From Phoronis australis (taxonomy: Eukaryota > Animalia > Phoronida): a stretch of 64,000 bases of DNA. A program made the position numbers and the translations under genes. The notes under the pieces were generated by a model, which made no database searches, was not told the origin of the DNA, and saw only the letters and a list, made by a program, of their open reading frames with translations. This document shows, piece by piece, positions 63,566 to 64,000 of the stretch. How positions within the stretch are numbered: the first letter of the stretch is position 1; every line of letters starts with the position of its first letter. Location: positions 352,868 to 416,867 of the forward strand of contig NMRA01000379.1 of assembly GCA_002633005.1 (NCBI GenBank), in the 5' to 3' direction.

Positions 63566-64000
63566 GGGGCTATTCGGAAAATATACAATAACTAGAGGGC
63601 GTGCGTGTACCAGTGGTGATAGATTAACAGCCTCGATTTCGCGAGCCCTTTAAATACATGGTGAAATGGCTTGCAGCCGTGCCAACTGAATCTGAGATTG
63701 CGTTAAAAGGGTGCTTCTATGAGAGGAAGTAAGCACGACCTCATACAAAGGTAAGGTTTGTGATTATTTTAACGATTATTCCATGATTATTCTACCGATG
63801 CCTGTTAACTGAGGCACTCGCCGATGTCGACTTCGCGGCAGTCAGTCGCCAGCCAGAGTATGGTTAATCTTTGTATGTTGTGATATGTGATACGATACTT
63901 GACGTAGCAATCGGGATCTTTTCGTACATCAAAGCATTATTATTGTTTGGAATGATTTCTAAAAGTTTATCAGTGACAGTTACATCAAACAATGCTGAAT
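63566..64000 (+). mobile_element. Left end of a second copy of the ISL2EU-type element (runs off the window)
   Basis: AT|GGGGCTATTCGGAAAAT..., nearly identical to 42104-42540. Confidence 0.9.

Overview
Eukaryotic, AT-rich, repeat-dense animal genomic DNA with spliceosomal introns and assembly gaps; a marine invertebrate, possibly a lophotrochozoan, is my inference. The only well-supported host gene is a minus-strand TMEM145/GPR180-family 7TM gene. Eight in-phase GT-AG exons lie at 51752-62866, the 5' exons are presumably beyond the right edge, and the last exon was not found. Most of the rest is decayed transposons, many with readable termini and target-site duplications (TSDs). These include a solo LTR with its empty site in an adjacent duplicate and a Gypsy > Sola3-like > TRIM three-level nest. 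A 9-bp-TSD MITE has been expanded to 8 kb by an AcademX and an ISL2EU element. There are also Kolobok, RTE-X, LOA-like, Tx1-like and Penelope fragments and several MITEs. The most unusual items are a 542-bp TRIM whose LTRs carry a tRNA-like Pol III promoter, a CAG-terminated foldback-like DNA element with an XPG-like remnant and an apparent 6-bp TSD, minimal hammerhead-like motifs, and possible decayed TLR/TIR remnants. Family assignments rest on motifs recognised by eye; no searches were run.
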